A DNA stretch of 24,258 bases from Ginkgo biloba (Eukaryota; Plantae; Ginkgophyta), in NCBI GenBank assembly GCA_024626585.2, contig JANKJI020000004.1:176056733-176080990 (forward strand), in the 5' to 3' direction. The number at the start of each line of letters is the position of its first letter. The first letter of the stretch is position 1. The notes beneath the pieces are model-generated. The model was not told where the DNA came from, did no database searches, and saw only the letters and a program-made list of their open reading frames with translations. Below, one piece after another: positions 1-12,097 of this stretch. A program made the translations under genes and the position numbers.

Positions 1-849
1 GAGGATTGGTGTTCTTAATCCTTATTATATGATCTATCCTCTATTGGGGAAAAGGATTCTACTTGTTGGGTTGATAGCTCAATGTGGACAGTTGGTTCTA
101 TTTAACATTCTTATTCCTAGGCTAATAGGTCTCAATTCTAGTCAGAATGACCATGTCCCCCAAGACTTATTCAACATTTTCCCCTTCTAAGTTAACCATA
201 TTGGATTGAATCCAACTTGTGATATAATCAAAATTAACATGTGAAGAACTTACATATTTTACTTTCTCTGCAAATTGCATCAATAATTCTACAAATGATC
301 TTCTTGGTAGAACTTGTAATAACATGATGATTCAACATTAGTGGTAGGTAAATTTACCCTTGGTGGATATTACTATCCTTGGTTTAGATACTAGTTATGA
401 TTTGGTTGGTATATAGGCCTTATCCCTTCTATTTCCTATCTCTTTAAATAAGTGAGCTCATTACTAAGACTTTGGATCAACCTCAAGGTCTTTGGGGTTT
501 TAGAAGTAGAAGTAGTATTGATATTCTCTTCTTATACTAGAGTGAAATATGGTCCAACTATCTTATTAAATTCAATAATATTATTTTCTATCATTTAAGT
601 TGTTGACATTGCATCAAATATATTGCCCACATTCTTATCTTTGATATTATATCTCATGTTAGGATTCAATAATTGAATATAAAAACAAAAGCATATCCTA
701 TTAGTTAGTCACAATGGGGATGGAATTTTACTCTTGACCTTTTTGAATCAAATGTTGAAATATTTGATGGACTCATTATCATCCTTAGTGATACTAATTA
801 GGTCCGTAATTAAATCATGGTAATTTACTAGAGTGTTAAATTTTCTCTT

Positions 850-1134
850 GAATTAGGCATCTAGGCCAATGTAATAAATTATGGAATAAATAGGAAAAGA
901 ATTAAACCAATATAGTGCTTCTCCTTCAAGTGTCTAGACAAATATCCTTATGGATTCATTCTTATATGTCATTACCAAAATTGTGCAGGACTTTGAAAAA
1001 ATGGACAAATGCTCATCCAAGAAAATTGAACTATCTCCATTAAATTTTGGTAGATAATATTTGGATCCATATAGTAGAGAATCTAAGTTTTCTCCTATGT
1101 TTAAGGGTGGAACATTTTGCCAGGGAGTGTCCAT
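850..1134 (-). mobile_element. Decayed Ty3/gypsy gag (Retrotrans_gag-like) remnant; the element probably spans most of 1-1311
   Basis: The minus strand reads LPKFNGD..DEHLSIF..C......IRIFV*TLEGEALYWFNSFP, the LPKFxG..HL..F / LF..TL.G.A..WF gag signature, with an in-frame stop. Confidence 0.8.
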
Positions 1135-4100
1135 TATGACACTAAGGGTTTAAAATATTAGAATTTGGATATCTATAGAGGTAGTGTTATAACTTGAAGA
1201 CCCTCACAAATTAGAAGAACTAATAGGAATTGATTTTGATCTAAATAGAATGGGTGAAGAAAGATTAACTTGACACATAGGAGGGGATATGGGAAGAAAT
1301 ATTTTGAGTTCNNNNNNNNNNNNNNNNNNNNNNNNNNNNNNNNNNNNNNNNNNNNNNNNNNNNNNNNNNNNNNNNNNNNNNNNNNNNNNNNNNNNNNNNN
1401 NNNNNNNNNNNNNNNNNNNNNNNNNNNNNNNNNNNNNNNNNNNNNNNNNNNNNNNNNNNNNNNNNNNNNNNNNNNNNNNNNNNNNNNNNNNNNNNNNNNN
1501 NNNNNNNNNNNNNNNNNNNNNNNNNNNNNNNNNNNNNNNNNNNNNNNNNNNNNNNNNNNNNNNNNNNNNNNNNNNNNNNNNNNNNNNNNNNNNNNNNNNN
1601 NNNNNNNNNNNNNNNNNNNNNNNNNNNNNNNNNNNNNNNNNNNNNNNNNNNNNNNNNNNNNNNNNNNNNNNNNNNNNNNNNNNNNNNNNNNNNNNNNNNN
1701 NNNNNNNNNNNNNNNNNNNNNNNNNNNNNNNNNNNNNNNNNNNNNNNNNNNNNNNNNNNNNNNNNNNNNNNNNNNNNNNNNNNNNNNNNNNNNNNNNNNN
1801 NNNNNNNNNNNNNNNNNNNNNNNNNNNNNNNNNNNNNNNNNNNNNNNNNNNNNNNNNNNNNNNNNNNNNNNNNNNNNNNNNNNNNNNNNNNNNNNNNNNN
1901 NNNNNNNNNNNNNNNNNNNNNNNNNNNNNNNNNNNNNNNNNNNNNNNNNNNNNNNNNNNNNNNNNNNNNNNNNNNNNNNNNNNNNNNNNNNNNNNNNNNN
2001 NNNNNNNNNNNNNNNNNNNNNNNNNNNNNNNNNNNNNNNNNNNNNNNNNNNNNNNNNNNNNNNNNNNNNNNTTTTATTGAATAAGTTATGAAATTTTCAA
2101 GATTTACACTACAACATCACCAAAAGAATACAACTAAAAATTCCATCCTCGTTAAGAAAAATGGTCCAGTAAATCTCACTTATAAATGAATTATTTAGAA
2201 TGAAGTGTTTTAATGCAAGTAAATAATATGGGATAAATAAGAAATCTTGTTCTCATATATTATGATTTCTTTGGTTTAGCCATATACCAACTGCGCTTAG
2301 AATACACCCATAACACGACTATATTTAAAATAACTCTAATTAAAGTTCTCAACAACAACACTCATTTAGAACAAGAATTACAATTCAAATTAAATAATGA
2401 GAATGGGAAAACTCGATATTAATAATTAACTCTTAGAAACACTTGACACGCAAATGAAAATGAATATTCACCCCATTAAAATTAAGAAGGTTAAATCACA
2501 TAAAGGTAATTTCATGTATGCACAATTTTTTTAGATTATAAGTATATGAACTCCAAGGTATTACAAATATTTTAGGCCTATAANNNNNNNNNNNNNNNNN
2601 NNNNNNNNNNNNNNNNNNNNNACTTCATGTCCATAAGTAAAGGAATTATAATATGGATTTTTGGGATTTAAATATATTCTTATACCAGGAGATCACACTT
2701 GACTCCTACATGATGTAATTTGTACTTTGAGAAATAGTGCCTAATGGAATGCACCCCCATAAGTGTAAATATTTTATATTTATTAATAAAAATAATTTGA
2801 CTCCTTAACAATGCAGGTATTCAATCTTGAGAATCTGCTTCAATCTACTCCAAATATCTATTAATGCTCCTAATTTTGATCATTTTTTTGCTCATTTTTT
2901 CTTGAAAAATTACTACTATGGAAATGTGCATCTTTTCTTAATACTTTGTCAGTGCATGCCTTCAAGATGCACACTTTTATGGTATTGTGTAAGTGTAGAA
3001 TACTTACATAATATAATACCAATATGCATATGACAACACGGTATGGTTTTTCATTACCCAAAAATATATTTTTTCTAGAAAAATTGCCATTTCTTCGTAA
3101 TAAATCCTTATCCCAATAAATTCTAGACCTATTATGCATGTAACCACCTAGAATTCATAGGAAAATCTATTGTAACTTCCTATTTTTATAGAATCTTCTA
3201 ATTCTTTGGATTTTTTTATAAATTTAATAGAATTTAGAAGTGAGGAGGGATTCTATGATGTAAGTAGATGCTGCCAAATTTTCAAGAGAAATAAGAGTAC
3301 TTTTATGATGCCAAAACATTCTTAGGAGAGAAAAGTTATTAGTGGGATACCTTTAATTTTATTAGAGTGATATTCTTAATCTTTGAAAANNNNNNNNNNN
3401 NNNNNNNNNNNNNNNNNNNNNNNNNNNNNNNNNNNNNNNNNNNNNNNNNNNNNNNNNNNNNNNNNNNNNNNNNNNNNNNNNNNNNNNNNAGTAGTTTCAT
3501 TAATGAATAAGGCCTTAGGATACATGTATATGAATAAAAAATATATTATAAATAGCATATTCCCATACAAGAGAATTTATATAAAATTCATAATAATAGT
3601 CACACATTCCTTAGCAAGACTATAATGTGCCATCGAGACAACTTCATTCTGATCAACGATCTAAGAAGAAAGGAAATTTACATCACTAATAAAGACATAA
3701 TACATAAATATGAAAATAGAAGAGAAAAATTTATTTTCTCACTAGTAGCGTTCAATGCAACCCTTATTTTTTTGTCCCTCTTCTATTTATACTTTCCTTT
3801 CTCTAACAATTGAAGATGATAGGAAGAAACTAAAAATTAATTGTCCATAATAATTTCCATAATTGTTTCTTATTTTCTTGACCTTTCCCCCTAAAAATGT
3901 TGCAACTTCTTTTAGATATTTTTCCTTCTTGGATGTCTACATATATTTGTTGTGAGCATAAACCCTTAACATTTTTTGTTCAATTCTTTCAATTTACAAA
4001 AAACTCCATTTCTTGAGTAAAACATTGTTTATCCAATATGAAATCATCTAAGGTAGCATGATATAATCCTTTTTCATTATTTACTAGGCAAAGAGATTTT

Positions 4101-5528
4101 CCCTCTCTAAGTGAATTTCCTTTGTTTAGGTGTTCTTAGGGATAACTTGATTTTCCTTCCATAGTGGTAATATCTAATTTTTCAATTTTTTTTGCTATAA
4201 CGAAGATAACAATTCATCAATTTTAACTTTTAATATTGCTAATTGACCCAATATTTCTTGTAGTATATCCATTTTGAGGAGAAAGGATCTTTCAAAATTG
4301 ATCTATTCCTCTAGAAATAAACTTGAACCAATAGATTCCTTAGTTATATAGTCCTGTAACTCATTCATTTCATTAACTATAAAGGACTCCACATCGACCA
4401 AAATATAAGCATAAGATATAGTGTTAGAAGAGATTCTTCCTACAATAGTTTGTGTCCAATGGGAAATCTCCCAAGCATGCAAGGAGACTTCTTATTTATT
4501 CTTTTATACTTTTTTATTTATTTCCCCAAGCACCCTATGACATAGCCTGGCATATTATAGATGCACATACAATTCATTATCCTAAATTGATGCAATAGAA
4601 GTAGATGTCTCCACCATAATTAGTGGTTTCATGATCAACTCAAATATATTTAATTTATTTTTAAGGGATTCCTTTTCACCCCTCAATTAGGAATTCTCAT
4701 AAGTCAAGTCCTATTCTTTCACTTTAAGAACTTTAACTAAAGTTTCATGGAACTAAATTATCTCTTGAATTGATAATTGGTTCATATCCAATTAGGTCTC
4801 CTGAAAAGAAAAACCATTTGCACTAATTAAATCCTTGGATTCATAATCTATTACACTTCTCATCAACACAGGGTAGTAAAAGCAATCAATAATGTGCAAA
4901 AATAAGAAATATCATAGAAAAATCCTCATAAATTCTACTATATTTGCCAAAAGATCACTTATAAAATTGCAAGTCACTTTGAGGGAGCAACCTCCATAGA
5001 GAAAATCTCAATTACTAAGATTAAAGACCCTTTTTAGGTTACAAGGATTATAATTTATAGGCTGAATCCTTCCTATCTACATAATTACTAATGCATATGG
5101 GATTATTCCCAATATACAAAATTGGCATTTTTTCCTTCATACAAAATAGGTGCCAAAATTATATTATAACTATTATACTAAGGTTAGTACTTGAGGGTCC
5201 TAACATCTATGCATAATACTTCTTTTATGAGCACTCCTAAGGAACGCATTGATACAATATCCTCTTAAAATATGAACACTTACATGGTATCCTCCTATAA
5301 AGTTGCATGCCAACACGATATTATATAAAATCCTAAATTGAGAGTGTTTTAGAGCATTTCTTTGATCGTACAATGGATAGATCCTTATAGAATAAACTTA
5401 GTTTAGTGTTGAAATAGGTTACAAAGATTATTACCCCCTTGGATTTATTATCCATACGCTTATTCAATTTCTAAAGGTCATTCCTTCAATCCTAGTATCA
5501 AGTGGATACATCATAAGGAGAATAGTAG

Positions 5529-5844
5529 TTTACCAAATTTGATCTATAGTTAGGTTATCACAAAGTTTGAGTGAAGCTAGAGGATGTATAAAAGATTATG
5601 TTCAAGACGCGATTTGGGTCATTTGAGTGGCTTGTCATGTCATTTGACTTGACTACTACTCCAAAAAAATTCATGAGGATGATGAATAACATCCTCTATC
5701 TCCTTTTGGATGAGTTTATAGTGGTCTATGTTGATGACATGTTAACTTTCATCAAGACCCAAGTGGAGCATTTATAACATATTTATTATATACTATAGTA
5801 TCTTCACACTCATTATCTTCATGCCAATATGGGATAAATGTTCT
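5529..5844 (+). mobile_element. Decayed Ty3/gypsy reverse transcriptase fragment
   Basis: The frame from 5529 reads FTKFDL*LGYHKV*VKLEDV*KIMFKTRFGSFEWLVMSFDLTTTPKKFMRMMNNIL..LLDEFIVVYVDDML..KTQVEHL*H. This matches the gypsy RT consensus (KxDLxxGYHQ, KTAFxT, EWLVMPFGL, YxDD at 5727-5738) with four stops. Confidence 0.92.
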
Positions 5845-5901
5845 TGTTATGACCCTAATATGGAATAATTATTAATAAATATATAATTAGTATTAGAACT
5901 T
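5845..5901 (-). mobile_element. Probable LTR terminus (TGTTATGACCCTAA on +) interrupting the RT fragment
   Basis: RT similarity stops where TGTTATGACCCTAAT begins, and this is nearly identical to the terminus TGTTGTGACCCTAAA at 7473. It runs into a 100-N gap. Confidence 0.55.
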
Positions 5902-6001
5902 NNNNNNNNNNNNNNNNNNNNNNNNNNNNNNNNNNNNNNNNNNNNNNNNNNNNNNNNNNNNNNNNNNNNNNNNNNNNNNNNNNNNNNNNNNNNNNNNNNN
6001 N

Positions 6002-6300
6002 GATAGCCCTTATTTCTCCCATCCAATCTAATCCTAGGAGAAAATTATATTCTAATATGGCATCTTCAATTTCTACATCTAATTTTATGATTTTTTTGTC
6101 AAAGGTTATAGGAAAATTAGGGAGTAGAACAAATGAAAGTATGCTATGATAATCAAAGGTATTACGTTGGATTTAATTAGGGAAAATATTATTTAATATT
6201 AATTACCTAATGGCATAAGATGATATATTAGTGAGGGTTGATCCTTTATATACAATACAACATTTAATTCTACTATCATTGACCTATATGAAGAGAGTGA
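6002..6300 (-). mobile_element. Decayed Ty3/gypsy aspartic protease remnant
   Basis: The minus strand reads IKCCIVYKGST (degenerate catalytic VDxGS)...LPNFPITFDKKIIKLDVEIEDAILEYNFLLGLDWMGEIRAI. The YNxLLGxxW motif is typical of retrotransposon proteases. Stops are present. Confidence 0.78.
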
Positions 6301-7472
6301 ATGCTTTGAACTTTACTTTAGGAATACTTTTTAGGTTCTTAGAATTAAATATAATGTAGATTATATAGAGGTTTCTTAGACACCTAGGGAATCTAATATT
6401 TTATACCTTTAGTAGGGATAAGACTTAAGGATTTATATCTATGTCATCAAGCTAGTTGAGTGGTTAAGGTCAAAGATGATACAATAGTTGGTTGTTACCT
6501 TATTAGGTTTCTAGTGATTAACTTAGGGGTATCTTTCTCATCATGATTTAATAGAGCTATAAATTAGAGGATAAAAATGGGTTTCCTCATTTTACAAGAC
6601 CTCATTGGCTTATTCCTTTTGTGCCACTAACCTAGTTATTAACTTAATATTGAGTTCTACTCTAGTCATTAATATTTCTCATGAAAGTACCTCTTGTCTT
6701 CAAGGGTCACCCCTACGCATTGATCCATTAAGGATAGGGTGGCCATAATATGGATATACTAAAGGGTAAGCATGATATATTATAACATTTGGATACTATA
6801 GATAAATTTCCTAAAAGGGCAAGCAACTGACGCTGAAAGTCCACGCCAAGAGGCCACATATCACCTTGAGGAGAAGATGCCCATGGCAGGTCGAGCAAGT
6901 TACAAAGAGGACATAGTACCAAGGTCCAATCTTTATAAAGAGATGACTAGAACCCCACAAAATGAGAATGCTCTAGGAAGCTAAAACTACCAAGACAAAA
7001 TCTGTTCAAAACTACAAAAGGTCGTCCAAAGGAGGCCCATTTGAAACTACATTAACGCAATAAAGCACACTAAGAAGAAACACCAATAAAACTACCTCGA
7101 CTTGATAATCATAATTGGACGGCTCACAAAGTCAAAGAGACCAAGCAATTTGCTAGAGACTCCTCTTTCCACCACAAGAGAGACCCACCTTATCCATAGA
7201 TTTAAAAAACAATTTGAGCACTATAAAGGAACCAAACCCAAATAGGGTTAAGGTCCAGAGGGGGTTACATTATAGTAAGAAAGAGGCACCTCCCATAAGG
7301 AAACCCTAGCAGAGCTCCACATTTTGGGAGTCTTGCCTCAACTCACTTATAATCCTTAACTTAGTAGCACTTCATAATTATTCCTTGCATTTTCTACCTA
7401 TTTATTTAGAAAATATATGGGCATTTTTCTTATTATTTTTGGCTATTTTTGTTATTTACATTCCTAACACAT

Positions 7473-8519
7473 TGTTGTGACCCTAAATAAGAACNNNNNN
7501 NNNNNNNNNNNNNNNNNNNNNNNNNNNNNNNNNNNNNNNNNNNNNNNNNNNNNNNNNNNNNNNNNNNNNNNNNNNNNNNNNNNNNNNNNNNNNNCTTAAC
7601 TATTATAGTTTGATTGGTTCAACTTGTGACTAGTTTGGTAGTGGGACATAGGAGTGGATACTAACTAATCAATGGGTTGAGGATAATAAGTGACTTGTAA
7701 ATGTTCTGCCATTTATACATTATTATGCCTAGGATATAGGCTTAGGTCTAGCTTAGTCATCTAACTGTTTTTGTACCTAAATGCTCTAGCCCTAGTAATG
7801 GTCAAATAATATTCCTCATTATGGGACTCAATGATGCAATGAATATATCATATTCTTATTCTATAGAATATTTTTTATATAGGGATTATGTTACGTATAA
7901 TGTCATTAGGTTGAAATATCCATCTTCCTCAGACATTACCAAGGTGCCTAGGATAGTTATCCCTAGAACTAGATGCTTTATTATAACTTTAGTAAGGTGG
8001 TATCATTATGTTAGCCCTTACCATATTAACTTGATTTGACCTATTAGGAAGTATAATGAATGTAGTATTTAATGGTAGCCTATGGATCCATCACTTATGG
8101 GGTATTTTTAAAAGGGAGGATCTAGTTGAATAGGGATTGGACATAGTAAGGGATTTAAGGTTGATCGCAAGTGAAAATCTTATGCTCTAGTTAGTGGACC
8201 CTATGAGCAAGGTTTACGACCTCCTCTTTAGTTTTTGTATTAAATTTTGTTACCTATTTTACTATGTTAAGAATAAAGTTTAGATAGAATTAGTCAAGGG
8301 AATATTTCTTAGTAACAAATTCCTTATATTTGATCTTAGTTTCCTTCCACTTTTTTATGTCGTTAGGAATTGATGTGGTCATTTCATTTCATTTTTATTT
8401 ATATTAAATTTTGTCCTTTATTTTATTCTTACAAGCAATTTATTATTTTTATTACAATTATTATTTTTATTACAATTATTATTTTTATCACATTGCTTGT
8501 TAGAATTAGGACACACACA
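7473..8519 (-). mobile_element. 3' LTR of a minus-strand LTR retrotransposon (TG...CA), includes a 100-N gap
   Basis: On the - strand it starts TGTGTGTGTCCTAATT right after a polypurine tract and ends ..TTAGGGTCACAACA. The two ends are imperfect inverted repeats, and a TATAAAT box lies on the - strand near 7712-7718. Confidence 0.65.
8440..8492 (+). repeat. 18-bp tandem repeat TTATTATTTTTATTACAA x about 3 within the LTR
   Basis: Units start at 8440, 8458 and 8476. They account for the FITIII repeats in the spurious 8370-8585 ORF. Confidence 0.92.
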
Positions 8520-8540
8520 TATCCCCCTTGTCCAATCCCT
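8520..8540 (-). mobile_element. Polypurine tract (AGGGATTGGACAAGGGGGATA on -) abutting the LTR
   Basis: Purine-rich run ending AAGGGGGATA immediately before the LTR's TG on the minus strand. Confidence 0.65.
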
Positions 8541-10959
8541 AAAATGTATAATGAGCCTAATAAAATTTTAATAAAACAAATTTAGAAAGATTATTTTCCC
8601 TTTAGGCTAAATCAACATTACAAGGGTGGGATTTGTGATATTAAATTATCCCACTATCAAACCAATCCTGAGACATAGAATTGTAGGCTAATTAGGATTG
8701 GGTGGGACATTGTAGAGCCTTTTTTTCATAGGGGGGAAAATCTATTTTGCATTATTCTTTGGCTGAGAGAGCTTTCTCTTTTGGGAGGGAGAAAGGAATG
8801 AGTCCCTTATGGGATACTTGTCTTAGTCCTAACTTCCTTAACGAGTATTTGATACATGATATGCCAACATCCTAGGGATGGGTTTATTATCATATCACTA
8901 ATGTCTTGGATATCTACCTAAGATTAATAGGCCTCCACTTAGACTGAAGGGTGCATCTTGGTCCCTAGGATTCTATAGATTTCCTTCCTTTTTATCGCTT
9001 TTATAATCTTGTCATCCCACCCTTAGAGGTGAGGAAAGTGATACCCCTCATTTTCTCATGGGCCCAAATCACCTTATTTAATATCTAAGCCAAGTGTTAT
9101 CATTATAAGGAAGTNNNNNNNNNNNNNNNNNNNNNNNNNNNNNNNNNNNNNNNNNNNNNNNNNNNNNNNNNNNNNNNNNNNNNNNNNNNNNNNNNNNNNN
9201 NNNNNNNNNNNNNNAGCAAATTGATTTACCACGGGTTAAAACGACAATAATTCAGAGAATCGCCACATTTTTTCTTGCCTTCTTCAAACTTTGATCTAAT
9301 TAGACTCGTACTTAGGAAATTATTTTTAAGGCATAATTTTTCTCGATAATATATAGGATAACTCATCTAACCTCCGATATAATTTGCACTATTAGATGAT
9401 GATGGCCATCTAATTCTAATTTTTGGAAGCAATTCTTGAAATAATTATCTCTAAAACACACAATAAAAAAAATGCTTGACTAGATGGAAGAATTTGTCTA
9501 TAGAAAATACGTCATGGGAACTATACTTCACATGACAACAATTTCTTGATTTACCCATGCTTCAAAGGCCAAGTATGTTGACAGGGGACTACAAACTGTG
9601 AACCCATTCATAGCACAAAGTTAAATCCTAAAGGCTCTAACATCCCAATTCGCTTATAATAGGGCTTTAGTAACTCATTATGATCATCGGTTGTCATATA
9701 ATCTCTTATAACATTTATATTCTCAAGTTCTCAATAAGTGTATTTTTTTAGCAAAGATTCATTTCAAATGATAATGCTACAATCATTTCAAATGATAGGC
9801 AAATGAAATATAAGTCACAGGGTTTGCAAACATGGTATTATTGCCAACTCGACTGCGCAATCAGAGATGGATTGACCACAGGTAATTAAAATTTCAAGTG
9901 ATACAAAGAGTTTGCAAGACACTAACACCAAAGACGTTGAAACATACCAGGTGCAATAGTAAGGCAAAAGATGAGAGCTTTTAATTGCATGAGCTTATCG
10001 ACATATCCTATGATTTGGGGCATCACTCAGTTAAAGAAGTTGGGGACACAAATGATGCCCAAGTTAATGGGGATAAGAGCCTAGAGGAGATATGAATTAG
10101 ACACAAATACCAAAACAGAGGAGTAAATGATAGTGCAGGCATCCATGTGCCACCTTTAGCAACTAATCCTTGAATGAGCCAGCACTAAAGGAGAGTACAA
10201 TCATTACTACTAAATTTAGTAAAGAGTAATGAAGACCATTCGAGCCATACCGTGGGCTAAACAACCATGTAAATGCTAGAGAGGAAGTAAGTTAATGTAG
10301 GGATAACATCTACCCATTATCCAAAGCATGATCACATTTTTGAAGTAGAGTTAGAAATAGATGAAATATAAGGAGGTCACTGTTGGAGTGTTGAGTTGAA
10401 CTATGTAACGCTACCATTTTGTAAATTTCTCTCAATTTTAATTTAAAAAAAGCATAAACAAATATTCATTAGATTATTGCACTTNNNNNNNNNNNNNNNN
10501 NNNNNNNNNNNNNNNNNNNNNNNNNNNNNNNNNNNNNNNNNNNNNNNNNNNNNNNNNNNNNNNNNNNNNNNNNNNNNNNNNNNNNNNNNNNNNNNNNNNN
10601 NNNNNNNNNNNNNNNNNNNNNNNNNNNNNNNNNNNNNNNNNNNNNNNNNNNNNNNNNNNNNNNNNNNNNNNNNNNNNNNNNNNNNNNNNNNNNNNNNNNN
10701 NNNNNNNNNNNNNNNNNNNNNNTTAACATTCTTATTTCAACCAATCTATTTTAAATTGCGTATAGGCCACGGATTATCCACTATTGATCACAACAAAGAA
10801 GAGTTAATTTCAAATACTCTAAAAGGAGACGGTAAATAACAAGAGCCGCATGGTGTCCGTTAACCAGTCCCTTGCCTGTGTTAACACAAAATTTACACAG
10901 AGAACAAATCCCTTCATATGAGAAGAGACAATAAAAATATCTATAAAAACTAATCTGAT

Positions 10960-10967
10960 GAATATGC
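10960..10967. promoter_or_regulatory. P1BS (PHR1-binding) motif GAATATGC about 400 bp upstream of the PAP start
   Basis: Exact match to GNATATNC. P1BS is the established phosphate-starvation element upstream of many PAP genes, but the motif is short and can occur by chance. Confidence 0.45.
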
Positions 10968-11106
10968 TTTCAACTGCCTTTGGCATCCTCGAACTGATGC
11001 GAATCTTCCTTTATTCGTCGGACACCAAGCCATTTTTATGGCTTTTGCATTGTAGACCTTTCCTGTACAATCCCTGACTTCTTACGTCAATGTGATTTAT
11101 ACTTCG

Positions 11107-11145
11107 ATAGAGTCAATACCAAGTTATAGAGTCAATACCAAGTTA
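11107..11145 (+). repeat. Perfect 19-bp tandem duplication ATAGAGTCAATACCAAGTT x2 upstream of the PAP gene
   Basis: Read directly: 11107-11125 is identical to 11126-11144. Each unit contains AGTCAA (W-box TTGACT on the - strand). Confidence 0.95.
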
Positions 11146-11366
11146 GGTGGCTTTGATGCTATAATTTCTTTTTTCGTCTTCAATATTCCAAAACCACCCA
11201 CCAGAGTTCGAGACTCAAGATCTATTTGAACAGTTGATTTTCAGGTTTTGGCTTCAACGTCAATAATAAAATTTCGAATATCACAATTCCTCTTCTTCTA
11301 CTCAGTATTTTGCCCACTCTCATTTATCGTGTTTTTCCTTTAATGCCTTGGTTTTTTTCCCACACA

Positions 11367-12091
11367 ATGGGTTCCATCAAATCTATGGATGCACTTGTAA
11401 TGTTGGTGGCAGTTCTGCTCATAGGTTTTGCACATGGATTGGTACCCATAACACTGGATGTCTTTCCCAAGACTCTGAACCGTTCTGGTGACAGCGTAAC
11501 CCTCGAATGGAAGGGCATTTCATCTCCTTCCGACATGGATTGGTTGGGCATATACACTCCTCCTGATTCCCACGACGAGCATTTCATAGGCTATATTTTC
11601 TTATCCTCTTGCCAAAGCTGGAAGGATGGGTCCTGTTCTTTGGAGCTTCCATTGATTAACATGAGATCTCCTTATCAATTCCGAATTTTTCATTGGAATA
11701 AATCTGATATTACGAAAACAACACCAATGGACGAGGATCATAACCCCTTGCCCTCCACTGCCCACCCTCTCGCCAAAAGTGAAAATGTCAGCTTTAGAAA
11801 CGCAAATGATCCCGCCCAACTGCATCTTTCATTGACCTCTAATCACGACGAGATGAGGGTCATGTTTTTAACCAGGGATGATCTGAAAAGCTATGTCAAA
11901 TATGGGTTGGATGAGCAAGAGCTCGATAAACTATCAGAAGCTGATTCCATGACTTATACACAGTCGGACATGTGTGATGCGCCTGCTAATACTAGTTTGG
12001 GATGGAGGGATCCTGGGTACATNNNNNNNNNNNNNNNNNNNNNNNNNNNNNNNNNNNNNNNNNNNNNNCCGGGAGACGCTTTTTTTATCAG
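11367..12091 (+). CDS. PAP2: Exon 1 of a purple acid phosphatase, AtPAP2/AtPAP9-like (signal peptide plus N-terminal fn3/Pur_ac_phosph_N region). Partial gene; the catalytic exon is not seen in the window
   Basis: The translation ([94 protein letters not shown]) is colinear with Arabidopsis PAP2 as I recall it ([49 protein letters not shown]). After the N gap, GGG AGA CGC TTT TTT TAT CAG reads GRRFFYQ, matching G.RYYYQ|V. In-frame ATGs lie at 11343, 11367 (ACAATGG, best context) and 11385. The ORF track's TTG start at 11310 is not appropriate for a plant nuclear gene. Confidence 0.93.
11385..11438 (+). other. Predicted N-terminal signal peptide (MDALVMLVAVLLIGFAHG)
   Basis: Hydrophobic core LVMLVAVLLIGF followed by A-H-G (small residues at -3 and -1). 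Plant PAPs of this clade typically carry one. Judged by eye. Confidence 0.7.
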
Positions 12092-12097
12092 GTAAGT
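12089..12097 (+). promoter_or_regulatory. 5' splice donor CAG|GTAAGT (phase 0); intron starts at 12092
   Basis: Perfect consensus donor directly after the FFYQ codons, followed by T-rich intronic sequence. Confidence 0.9.

Noticed and set aside
1270-2091. Long ORFs made mostly of X (also 3376-3625, 10469-10839, 12157-12886, 15756-15968, 20990-21328, 22162-22401)
   Set aside because: Artefacts of translating through N gaps.
6728-7270. GC-richer insert, possibly a LINE 3' UTR or LTR fragment (ends GGGGGTTACA)
   Set aside because: No coding motif, poly(A) tail or TSD could be identified, so it is left unclassified.
8370-8585. Hydrophobic 71-aa ORF resembling a membrane peptide
   Set aside because: Generated by the AT-rich 18-bp tandem repeat within an LTR.
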